This document shows positions 1 through 9,125 of a stretch of 64,000 nucleotides of DNA, one piece after another. Source of the DNA: Clostridia bacterium (GTDB lineage: Bacteria > Bacillota > Clostridia > TANB77 > CAG-465); the NCBI GenBank assembly GCA_045536565.1, contig JAZSNU010000003.1, forward strand, positions 32,001-96,000. Reading direction: 5' to 3'. The notes under the pieces are model-generated. The model saw nothing but the letters and a program-made list of their open reading frames with translations. It was not told the DNA's origin and did no database searches. A program made the position numbers and the translations under genes. Numbering within the stretch: the stretch's first letter is position 1; every line of letters begins with the position of its first letter.

Positions 1-1404
1 GGACATAGAATACCAGCATATCACTGTGAAGATTGTAAACATATAGAAGTATCAAGAAATAAAGTAGAAAAATGTAAAGAGTGTGGAAGTAATCATATTC
101 ATCAAGATGAAGATACATTAGATACTTGGTTTAGTTCAGCGCTTTGGCCTTTCTCAACACTTGGATGGCCTCATAAGACAGAAGATTTTGAATATTTCTA
201 TCCAACAACAATGCTTGTTACAGGATATGATATTATAACATTCTGGGTAAGTAAAATGATATTCAGTGCTATTGAGCATACTGGAAAAGTACCATTTAAA
301 GATGTATATATACATGGTCTAGTTCGTGACTCACAAGGAAGAAAAATGTCTAAATCATTAGGAAATGGTGTTGATCCACTTGATGTTATAGATGAATTTG
401 GTACAGACGCATTAAGATTTTCTTTAACTCAAAATATATCAGCAGGTAATGATATAAGATATATGAAAGAAAAAGTTGAAGCAGGGGCAAACTTTGCAAA
501 CAAAATATGGAATGCAGCAAGATTTAGTTTAAGTTATATTGAAAAAGTGGATAATGTGGATATTGACATATCAAAACTTATGCCTGAGGATAAATGGATA
601 TTAACTAAGTTAAATTCAGTTATAGAAGGTGTAACAAATAACATAGCAAATTATGAAATTGGTGTTGCACTTCAAATGATATATGACTTTATGTGGTCTG
701 ATCTATGTGATGTGTATATAGAAATGTGTAAACCAAGACTTTATGATGAAAATAAAGAGGGGTATAAAGAGGCAGCATGTGTACTTAACTATGTACTTAT
801 GAATGGATTAAAACTATTACATCCATATATGCCATTTATAACAGAAGAAATATACATGAATTTAAAACATGATGATGAAAGTATCATGATTGCTAAATGG
901 CCAGAAGTAAATAAAGAATATACTTTTGAAGAAGATAAAAAATTAGTTGATGAAGAGTTAGAACTTATAAGACAAATAAGAAATGTAAGAGCTGAAAACA
1001 ATATTCCAAATAGCAAAAAAGCAGATGCTATATTAGTAAGTCAAAACTATGCAAAAGAGATTACTAAATCATCTGACATGATTTGTAAAATGGCATATAT
1101 AGAAGGTTTAGAAATATTAGAGAGTATAGATGCAAGCAAAATAACTAATATGACAGCGATGCATACACAAAATATAGATGCATACTTAGATTTATCTTCT
1201 GTAATAGATAAAGACAAAGAAAGGGAAAAACTATTAGAAGAAAAGAAAAAAGCAGAAAGTGAACTTGCAAGAGCAAATAAAATGCTTTCAAACGAATCGT
1301 TCGTTGCAAAAGCACCAGAAAAACTTATAGCAAGTGAAAAAGAAAAAGTTAAGAAATATACTGAAATATTAGAGAAGATAGAAGAAAGTTTAGCAAATAT
1401 GTAA
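1..1404 (+). CDS. valS: Valyl-tRNA synthetase (5'-truncated by window edge)
   Basis: Frame open from base 1 (GHRIPAY...DTWFSSALWPF); KMSKS motif; C-terminal coiled coil with FVAKAP. Confidence 0.97.
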   Translation, partial: GHRIPAYHCEDCKHIEVSRNKVEKCKECGSNHIHQDEDTLDTWFSSALWPFSTLGWPHKTEDFEYFYPTTMLVTGYDIITFWVSKMIFSAIEHTGKVPFKDVYIHGLVRDSQGRKMSKSLGNGVDPLDVIDEFGTDALRFSLTQNISAGNDIRYMKEKVEAGANFANKIWNAARFSLSYIEKVDNVDIDISKLMPEDKWILTKLNSVIEGVTNNIANYEIGVALQMIYDFMWSDLCDVYIEMCKPRLYDENKEGYKEAACVLNYVLMNGLKLLHPYMPFITEEIYMNLKHDDESIMIAKWPEVNKEYTFEEDKKLVDEELELIRQIRNVRAENNIPNSKKADAILVSQNYAKEITKSSDMICKMAYIEGLEILESIDASKITNMTAMHTQNIDAYLDLSSVIDKDKEREKLLEEKKKAESELARANKMLSNESFVAKAPEKLIASEKEKVKKYTEILEKIEESLANM

Positions 1405-1407
1405 AGA

Positions 1408-1439
1408 AAAAAGTACAGCAAATAATAGCTGTACTTTTT
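1408..1439. terminator. Bidirectional intrinsic terminator between valS and the HTH gene
   Basis: AAAAAGTACAGC...GCTGTACTTTTT inverted repeat between convergent genes. Confidence 0.8.
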
Positions 1440-1476
1440 GTATGCAAAAATAATATATTGTTTAAGTATAAAACAC

Positions 1477-1731
1477 TTAATCTAAAATATTATCTAATTC
1501 TTCAAAGGGTATATTTAAAACTTTAAATAAAGCGATTAATTCAAAGTCTTTTATAATCATTTGATTTGTTTCCATTCTATATAGTTGAATTCTATCGATA
1601 TAAACAGCATGTAATTGTAATTGTCTGCTTACATCTGATTTAGATAATTTTTTCTTTAATCTATATTTTTTTATAATGCTTCCAATAACATTACTTTGGT
1701 TTTCATATTTTTTCAAATATAATTCCTCCAA
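1477..1731 (-). CDS. XRE-family helix-turn-helix regulator
   Basis: IGSIIKKYRLKKKLSKSDVS...LYRMETNQ...ELIALFKVLNI, XRE HTH pattern; divergent from the 1887 operon. Confidence 0.8.
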   Translation of the reverse strand: MEELYLKKYENQSNVIGSIIKKYRLKKKLSKSDVSRQLQLHAVYIDRIQLYRMETNQMIIKDFELIALFKVLNIPFEELDNILD

Positions 1732-1775
1732 CTAATTGACTTATTTTTTATTTTATACTAAAATAATCAAAAGAG

Positions 1776-1792
1776 CGTGTGTAAGACACACG
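1776..1792. promoter_or_regulatory. Palindromic operator candidate between divergent promoters
   Basis: CGTGTGT-AAG-ACACACG perfect 7-3-7 inverted repeat between -35-like hexamers TTGATT (minus, 1765-1770) and TTGACT (plus, 1795-1800). Confidence 0.55.
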
Positions 1793-1886
1793 ATTTGACT
1801 TTAATAAATATATTGTGCTAAAAAACAAAAAATATATCATGTTATTTAGAAAATATATTTGTTATAAAATATAAGGGGGTAATATA

Positions 1887-3602
1887 TTGAAGGTGAAAAG
1901 TAAAAAGGGGATTTCAAAAATATCTATATTATTAATAATTTTAATTATACTAGGTATTGGGGTAGGAATAATGTTTTTTGTAAAACATTCTTTATCACCA
2001 AATAGCGATAGCCTATTTAATATAGGAGAAAGTAAAAATGGTGAAATAAGCTATTCTTTTAATAATAAAGAAAACTATATAGCAGTTAAAAACAAAGATG
2101 AAAAGTATGGTTTTATAGATACTAATGGGAATCAAAAAATTGATTTTAAATATGAGTATGCAGAAGATTATATTAACGGGTTAGCAATTGTACATAATGA
2201 AGATTATGAGGAAGGTATTATTGACACAAAAGGTAATGAAGTAGTTAAATTTGGTGAGTTTAGTAATATTTATAGATATAATGAATCTCAAAATGTAATC
2301 AGTGAATATTCAAATATATTTATAGCTACTACTGATGATGGACAAAAGAAGTTAATAAATAAAGATGGAAAAGTTGTAACATCAAATGCTTATGAGGACA
2401 TTGATGAAAAAAATGGCATAGTATATTTTGAAAACAATGGTAAATATGGATTATTAGATGTAAATGGTAAAGAGATACTTACTAGTAATGAAGAATTTGA
2501 TGTTGAAGATACTTGCGACTCGCTCTCTGTATTAAGCTTTGATAATTGTAATAAAATAATAAATAATACTACAGGTAAAGTACTAAAAGAAATTGAAGCA
2601 GAGTCATATGCTAGTATTAGTAAACATGGGGATTATTATGAAGTACAAAATATAGTAATAATAAAGGATAATAAAGTTGTTTATACAGGAGATGAACATC
2701 ACAGTATTATAGATATAAACGAAGATGAAATAGTACATTTGCAAGGTATAGATAGTTACAATATTGATGAAGATAATAGGTATATTTATGGAGATATATA
2801 TTATAGTTTAAAAATCAATAAAAATATTTTGGAAATTCCAAAAGACGAAGAAGCTAGATTATCAAACACCGCTGTATTGCTAAATAAATTAGTGGTATAT
2901 GAAGAAAATGAGGAACTTTATAGTGTAGATAAAAATGGAAATAAAACAAAAATTTCAAATATAAGTGGGAAAAAGTTGGAAGCAGGAATAGGTGACAATA
3001 TAGTAGTTCTTGGTGACGACAAATATAATTATATTATTATGGATATTGAATCAAAGAAAAATATAAGAGAAGTAGGACATTATATATCAGTACAAAATTC
3101 ATTAGAAAATCTTTATGGTGAAGTTTATGAAGGCCTTTATTATATAAAAGAAAATGAACATTTAATCAATAATGAATATAACGCAGATCCAAACTTAAAA
3201 GAATATGAATATATTGTAGATTCTAATTTAAACAAAATATCTGAGGATGTGGAATGTAGAGCATATTATTCTGCTAATAATGTTTTAGATTTTACATATA
3301 GATTGACAGGAAAAAACTACATATTATTAATGGATAAAAACGAAAAATATGGCTTAATAGATAATAAGGGAAATAATATAGTAGAGTTTAAATATACTGG
3401 TGTACAAAGAGATATGATTTTATATGATAATGTACCAGTTGTTATATTTAATAAAGATAATGGTGTAGATATATATGATTTATCAAAGGAAAAAGTAATA
3501 TTGTCATTAGAGGAGTCAATAGCAATATTATGTGAAAATTATATTAGGGTAGATAATAAAATATATAACTATGATGGAAAATTAATATATACCGAACAAT
3601 AA
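1887..3602 (+). CDS. Membrane-anchored WG-repeat (beta-repeat) protein
   Basis: N-terminal TM helix; repeats KYGFIDTNG, GIIDTKG, KYGLLDVNG, KYGLIDNKG. Confidence 0.75.
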   Translation: MKVKSKKGISKISILLIILIILGIGVGIMFFVKHSLSPNSDSLFNIGESKNGEISYSFNNKENYIAVKNKDEKYGFIDTNGNQKIDFKYEYAEDYINGLAIVHNEDYEEGIIDTKGNEVVKFGEFSNIYRYNESQNVISEYSNIFIATTDDGQKKLINKDGKVVTSNAYEDIDEKNGIVYFENNGKYGLLDVNGKEILTSNEEFDVEDTCDSLSVLSFDNCNKIINNTTGKVLKEIEAESYASISKHGDYYEVQNIVIIKDNKVVYTGDEHHSIIDINEDEIVHLQGIDSYNIDEDNRYIYGDIYYSLKINKNILEIPKDEEARLSNTAVLLNKLVVYEENEELYSVDKNGNKTKISNISGKKLEAGIGDNIVVLGDDKYNYIIMDIESKKNIREVGHYISVQNSLENLYGEVYEGLYYIKENEHLINNEYNADPNLKEYEYIVDSNLNKISEDVECRAYYSANNVLDFTYRLTGKNYILLMDKNEKYGLIDNKGNNIVEFKYTGVQRDMILYDNVPVVIFNKDNGVDIYDLSKEKVILSLEESIAILCENYIRVDNKIYNYDGKLIYTEQ

Positions 3603-3614
3603 AGGAGCATATAG

Positions 3615-4922
3615 ATGAATCAAAATATAAAAACATTTGAAGAATTTAAAGAAATATATAATTCTGCTGAATTTAAAGAATTGTTAAAGAAAGCAAATAA
3701 AGTAAAAAAACAATATAGAAAACTTGTTATAATCACACTTATATGGGGAATACCTGCAATATTTTTAATGATGCTAGCACCATTACTTGGATTTGGTTTA
3801 ATGGCAGTAGGTATTATATTTGAAATTATAGTATTTGGTAAGAAATTTATAATAACATATCCTAACTTTTATAGAACTGAAATACCTTTTATGATAGCAA
3901 AATTAAGTGATATAGAGTTATCAACAGTTGATGTACCGGAGAAGAAATATTTTAATGAAGAAGAATATAATAATATGACTATGTCGGAACAATTTAAAGA
4001 AGGTGCAAAAGGTGAAAAAACAAAAAAATACTTAGAAGAATTAGATGATAATATACACAAAATGAGTATTATAAATACAAAGCAATTTGAAACTTCTAAA
4101 ATTGCTCTTGCAGATGAATATTATACTTCTAATATAGCAAGATTTAAGCACAATAATACTGATACAACTATTGATTTTTATTATGCTACTGCTATGAAAG
4201 TAGAGAAAGTAAAACGAAGAAGAAAAAGAGCAAATGCTGAAAATTATAGTGGTGATGATAAGTATGTGACATATACCGAGAGAAAAGAAAAAATTCTAAC
4301 ATCCGGAGTAGTGTTTACATTTGAAAATCTGCATAATATAAATTTAAAAGATTTTAGAATATTAATAAAAGATGATGACACATTACTTTCTCGTTTAACT
4401 GAAAATACTATTGATAATTTAAAAGAAAACAAAAATGAGATAAAATTTAATAGGATTGATTTAAATAAAAGTTTTGATTTTTATGCTTTTAGCGAGGATA
4501 AAAACAAAGATGTAAAAGTAGAAGCACTGCAAATTGTTACACCAGTTGTTGAAGATTTAATATCATATATTAGAAAAAAATATGGTAGATTTAATATGGC
4601 AATTACAAATAATAAAATAGATATAGAGCTTTTAAATACAAGTATGGTAGGTGGAAATAAAAAACATTATAAAGATATAATCATAAAACCTACATTATTT
4701 AGTAATAATGACTTAAAGATAAGTTATTTGTATAGATTTTATGAACTTATCGAAATACAAAAATTAATATTAAAATATTTAAATTGTTATCCTGAAAAAT
4801 ACTTAATAACAGAAGATGATGTTAATGGATTAAAAGAAGCTATAGAAAGTAATAAATTAAGTGATTATGAAATGGACAAGTCTGTTCAAGAAACATATAG
4901 GCAAATTGTAGGGGGTATGTAA
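3615..4922 (+). CDS. Membrane protein, DUF3137-like LemA partner
   Basis: Two N-terminal TM helices; LNKSFDFY...ALQIVTP resembles the DUF3137 motif; directly upstream of lemA. Confidence 0.5.
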   Translation: MNQNIKTFEEFKEIYNSAEFKELLKKANKVKKQYRKLVIITLIWGIPAIFLMMLAPLLGFGLMAVGIIFEIIVFGKKFIITYPNFYRTEIPFMIAKLSDIELSTVDVPEKKYFNEEEYNNMTMSEQFKEGAKGEKTKKYLEELDDNIHKMSIINTKQFETSKIALADEYYTSNIARFKHNNTDTTIDFYYATAMKVEKVKRRRKRANAENYSGDDKYVTYTERKEKILTSGVVFTFENLHNINLKDFRILIKDDDTLLSRLTENTIDNLKENKNEIKFNRIDLNKSFDFYAFSEDKNKDVKVEALQIVTPVVEDLISYIRKKYGRFNMAITNNKIDIELLNTSMVGGNKKHYKDIIIKPTLFSNNDLKISYLYRFYELIEIQKLILKYLNCYPEKYLITEDDVNGLKEAIESNKLSDYEMDKSVQETYRQIVGGM

Positions 4923-4924
4923 TT

Positions 4925-5491
4925 ATGTGGATAATAGTAGTAATAGGTATAGTGGTTTTACTAGCTATAATAAGCTATAATAGTTTGATTAATAAAAGAA
5001 ATTCAGTAGATAATGCTTTATCTACGATAGATACTTGTTTGCAAACTAGACTAGATCTAATGAGTAATTTATTTGAACAAGTAGATATAGCTTTTGATCA
5101 TGAAAGTAAATTGTATAAAGAAATTGTTGAACTAAGAACTAAACAAGAAGCATTAAAAGAAGAATATAATAAAGAAAACAAAAATGTTGTTGTTATGGAT
5201 AAAGAAATTTCAAAGTTAAATAAAGAATATTTAATTGTTTGTGAAAATTATCCTGAATTAAGGTCAATTGAAGCCGTTACAGTGGCAATGAATGCGAATG
5301 TAGAAGTAGAAAATCAAATAAATGCTGCAAGAAGAAATTATAATAACAATGTTCAAAGTTATAGAAACGGAATACAAAGTTTTCCTAATGTTATATTTGC
5401 AGGAATATTAGGTTTTAGAAATACTTATGAATTATATAAAGCGGAAGAACAAGCCAAAGAAAAAGTAAGGCCTAGTGATTTTATAAAATAA
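4925..5491 (+). CDS. lemA: LemA family protein
   Basis: YNSLI..RNSVDNA, ENYPELRS, ARRNYNNNV..Y...IQSFPN.IFA motifs. Confidence 0.9.
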   Translation: MWIIVVIGIVVLLAIISYNSLINKRNSVDNALSTIDTCLQTRLDLMSNLFEQVDIAFDHESKLYKEIVELRTKQEALKEEYNKENKNVVVMDKEISKLNKEYLIVCENYPELRSIEAVTVAMNANVEVENQINAARRNYNNNVQSYRNGIQSFPNVIFAGILGFRNTYELYKAEEQAKEKVRPSDFIK

Positions 5492-5690
5492 TAAAATGAT
5501 GTTTAAATATAATTACTGTATATAAATATATACAGTAATTTTTATATATAAATAATTTTAAAAAAAATGCAAATACTATATATTGAAACTATTTAAAAAG
5601 ATTATATAATTTGTTGTAAAAAAGAATGTAATATGATATAAGTAAGTTAAGAAATTTCGTTTAAAAAACATAAGATGAAAGGGAATATAT

Positions 5691-6674
5691 ATGAAAAGAA
5701 AATTTTTGATACGCACAATAATTTTATTATCCTTTATATTTTTAACTATACCTAGAATTTTTGCTATGCCAATATATGTACATACTTTAACAGGGAAACA
5801 AATTATTGTAGAAGTAGAAACTAGTGATACTATTGAAGCAGTGAAGACTAAAATCCAAGATAAAGAGGGAATACCACCAGAGGAGCAAATACTTATTTTT
5901 GATGAGAAAGAATTAGAAGCTGGAAGAACTTTGGCAGATTACAATATTGAAATACAAGACACGGTTAATATAGTTTTAATGTTAAAAAATAACTTTAAAG
6001 TTCAATATAATATAACTAATTTAAAAGTAACTACAAATAATGTAATTACAGATGGGGATTTAGGAAATAATACTTATATTGTTTCAATAACTGAGAACTT
6101 CACGGCAAAATTAGAAGCAAATCAAGGATATAAATTACCTGACATTATTAACATTAAAGTAGGCGAGTTAGCATTAGATAATTCGGAATATACATACAAC
6201 TCTCAAACAGGAGAAATTGTTATAGATAAAGATAATATTACAGGAGACATTACTATTGATGCTACGGCTGTGCAACTTAGTTATAAAGTTGAGTTTGATG
6301 CAAACGATGGAGTATTTAAAGAAAATATAAAAACATTTATAATTCAAGAATGGAAAAGTGGAGATGAAAAAACACTTGAAGAGCCAATTAGAGAAGGATA
6401 TAAATTTTTAGGATATTACACAGAAAGAATAGGTGGAACAAAATTAGAAAGCTATATTGCAGAAGCAGGTATTGATAAAGATCTAACTTTCTATGCACAT
6501 TGGGAAGAGAATTCAAGTCAAGCAGATGGGCCAATTTTAGAAGATGGGAACAGTGAAATAGATAATAATCCTCAAACAAGCGATAATATATTACTGTTTG
6601 TTGTAATTCTGTTTGTATCAGTATTTAGTTTGATAATAACAAGCAAGTCAATAAAAAAATATAATACAAAATAA
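5691..6674 (+). CDS. Secreted, cell-wall-anchored protein with eukaryote-like ubiquitin domain and InlB B-repeat-like domain
   Basis: 25-aa signal peptide; aa 26-101 match human ubiquitin at 48/76 by hand; [29 protein letters not shown] repeat; NPQTS + TM + basic tail sorting signal. Confidence 0.85.
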   Translation: MKRKFLIRTIILLSFIFLTIPRIFAMPIYVHTLTGKQIIVEVETSDTIEAVKTKIQDKEGIPPEEQILIFDEKELEAGRTLADYNIEIQDTVNIVLMLKNNFKVQYNITNLKVTTNNVITDGDLGNNTYIVSITENFTAKLEANQGYKLPDIINIKVGELALDNSEYTYNSQTGEIVIDKDNITGDITIDATAVQLSYKVEFDANDGVFKENIKTFIIQEWKSGDEKTLEEPIREGYKFLGYYTERIGGTKLESYIAEAGIDKDLTFYAHWEENSSQADGPILEDGNSEIDNNPQTSDNILLFVVILFVSVFSLIITSKSIKKYNTK

Positions 6675-6738
6675 GAGAGTGTATAAAATTAACAAACTAT
6701 CACCTTATATCATAAAATATGATATGAGGTGATTTTTA

Positions 6739-7626
6739 ATGTTAAAATTAAAGGTAGGAGATGTAGTAGCAAGAAAATCTTATGGATATGATGTACTTTT
6801 TAAAGTAGTTAATATATATGATGATATGGTGGATTTAGTGGGTATGACGGTGCGTATTTTAGCAGATGCACCAATATATGATTTGAAGATAATGAGTCCA
6901 GATGAAATAAATAGAGTAGTTAAATTGCAAGATGACCATACAAGAATAAAGGTAAATAGGTGTTATTCAAATTTAACAAGTAGGTTTAATATTCGTGATT
7001 TTTCAAATAGTTATAACTATAACAAGTATCAAAAAATGGGGAGAATAGATACTTACCAAAAAGAAAGTATATACAAAAAACCGGGTGTTATTATGCATTT
7101 AGATGGGGACAAGGAATATGCTATAAAATGTAAAGAAACATATAGAAAAATGGGTCTTACAGCACATGCATATCATGTAAAGGAATCAGAACAACCTAAG
7201 TATGTATATAATTTACTAACAAGAATTAGACCGAATATTCTCGTAATGACAGGTCATGATGCGTTTATTCGTAAGAGAAACGATATATATAATATAGATA
7301 ATTACAAAAATTCAAGGTATTTTGTTGAAGCAGTATTAGAGGCAAGAAGATATGAACACAATCTTGATAATTTAGTTATATTTGCTGGAGCATGTCAGTC
7401 ATATTATGAAGCAATACTAAGTGCAGGTGCGAACTTTGCAAGTGCTCCTAAAAGAGTACTTATCGACATGCTTGATCCAATAATTGTTGCAGAATCAGTT
7501 GCATATACACCAGTAGATAAATTTGTGCCACTTGCTTCTATTATCTCGAATACCAGAGAAGGATTAAAAGGTATAGGTGGAGTACAAACAAGAGGTCAAT
7601 ATAGAGAGGGAATGCCAGGATTATAA
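6739..7626 (+). CDS. yabG: Sporulation peptidase YabG
   Basis: GDVVARKSYGYD, PG..MHLDGD, TGHD, IFAGACQS, GANFASAP motifs. Confidence 0.93.
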   Translation: MLKLKVGDVVARKSYGYDVLFKVVNIYDDMVDLVGMTVRILADAPIYDLKIMSPDEINRVVKLQDDHTRIKVNRCYSNLTSRFNIRDFSNSYNYNKYQKMGRIDTYQKESIYKKPGVIMHLDGDKEYAIKCKETYRKMGLTAHAYHVKESEQPKYVYNLLTRIRPNILVMTGHDAFIRKRNDIYNIDNYKNSRYFVEAVLEARRYEHNLDNLVIFAGACQSYYEAILSAGANFASAPKRVLIDMLDPIIVAESVAYTPVDKFVPLASIISNTREGLKGIGGVQTRGQYREGMPGL

Positions 7627-7735
7627 AAAGTATGGTTGAAAAAATCATATATTTATGTTAATATATATGTATAGGAAGTGTGTAATAATATATTAATATA
7701 TCAATTAGTTATCATTATTTTAATAAAGAAGGTGA

Positions 7736-8113
7736 ATGAATATGGGAAAGATTTATAGTCCTGGCGATATTGTGTTTTTTAAGAATGTGAAATTAATTCA
7801 ATATAATGGTTTAAAAGTGCTAGATACTAGAATTAATGGTCATCCATATATAATATTAAATGATGTGGATGATTTTGGTGAAGTAGCATTTTGTTTGATT
7901 TGTTCATCAAATGAAAAGAATAAACGGAGAAAGAACCATATTCATATTAAGAAAGCAAAAGTTAGAGGCGATAAAACCAGAGAAACATATGTAAATATAG
8001 AAAATGTATATAAATTTGAAATTGATAAAGTTATTGCGCCAGTAGGACGAGTATCCAATATAGTTTTAAATGAATTAAAAGAGAAGGTAAAAAAGAAGAA
8101 TTATTTTAATTAA
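7736..8113 (+). CDS. Hypothetical protein, possible PemK/MazF-like fold
   Basis: GDIVF...HPYIIL...ICSS...TYV...VGRV..IVLNEL pattern; 125 aa; no antitoxin gene adjacent. Confidence 0.45.
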   Translation: MNMGKIYSPGDIVFFKNVKLIQYNGLKVLDTRINGHPYIILNDVDDFGEVAFCLICSSNEKNKRRKNHIHIKKAKVRGDKTRETYVNIENVYKFEIDKVIAPVGRVSNIVLNELKEKVKKKNYFN

Positions 8114-8291
8114 TATTAATATTGATATTACACACACCACCACTGAATATTATTTAATATTCGGTGGCTATTTTTTTTATATGGTATGAATTAAAAAATA
8201 ATAGATTTGACACTAAAATAACAGAATGATATAATTTGCTATACATTTGCTAAGAAAAAATATATAATAAATAAAAAGAAAGGAAGATAAT

Positions 8292-9125
8292 ATGCTAGAG
8301 GTTAAAAATGTAAGAAAAAAATTTGCAGAAGTTGTAGCGGTAGATGATGTAAGTTTTAATTTGCAAAAGGGAAAAATACTAGGACTTCTTGGGAAAAATG
8401 GAGCAGGTAAGTCAACAATATTTAGAATTATACTTGGAATATTAGAAGCGGATAATGGACAAGTGTTAATAGATGGCAAAAAATACAGCATAAAAGATAG
8501 TAAGAAGATTGGCTTTTTGCCAGAAGAGGGGAGTTTGTCACAAGAGTTAACAGTATATGAACAATTATGCTTTTACGGCAGTCTTAAAGGTATGTCAAAT
8601 GAAGAAGTATTGGAAAGTTTAAGTAAATGGCTTGTAAAATTTGACATAGTAGAATATATGAATAGAAAGATAAAGGAATTAAGTAAAGGAAATAGACAGA
8701 GAATACAATTTATTGTTTCTATATTGCACAACCCAGACTTAATAATACTAGATGAGCCTTTTTCTGGACTTGATCCGTTAGGTGTTGAAATGTTTAAAGA
8801 AATACTACTTGAATTAAAAAGAGAAGGAAAAGCAATAATATTTTCTTCACATAGAATGGAACATGTTGAGATGTTTTGTGATGATATACTATTAATAGAT
8901 AAAGGGAAAACACTTTGTTATGGAGATTTATTAGATATTAAGAAAAACTATTCTAAACAAAAAGTTATATATATGGAAAATGGTATAAAAAAAGAAGTCG
9001 TGATATCAAAAGAAAAGGTAGAAGAGTATATAGCAGGTGTGGATAACAAAGATAGTATAAAAGTAGAAACATTATCTTTAAATGATATATTCATAGATAA
9101 GGTAGGTGCACATGATGATAAATAA
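8292..9125 (+). CDS. ABC transporter ATP-binding subunit (NatA/YhaQ-like)
   Basis: Walker A GKNGAGKS, LSKGNRQR signature, ILDEPFSGLDP. Confidence 0.93.
   Translation: MLEVKNVRKKFAEVVAVDDVSFNLQKGKILGLLGKNGAGKSTIFRIILGILEADNGQVLIDGKKYSIKDSKKIGFLPEEGSLSQELTVYEQLCFYGSLKGMSNEEVLESLSKWLVKFDIVEYMNRKIKELSKGNRQRIQFIVSILHNPDLIILDEPFSGLDPLGVEMFKEILLELKREGKAIIFSSHRMEHVEMFCDDILLIDKGKTLCYGDLLDIKKNYSKQKVIYMENGIKKEVVISKEKVEEYIAGVDNKDSIKVETLSLNDIFIDKVGAHDDK

Noticed and set aside
7925-7927. CGG as a completely unassigned codon that always shifts frame
   Set aside because: Here and at several other in-frame CGG codons the 0 frame continues to a sensible end, so any recoding must be leaky or context dependent
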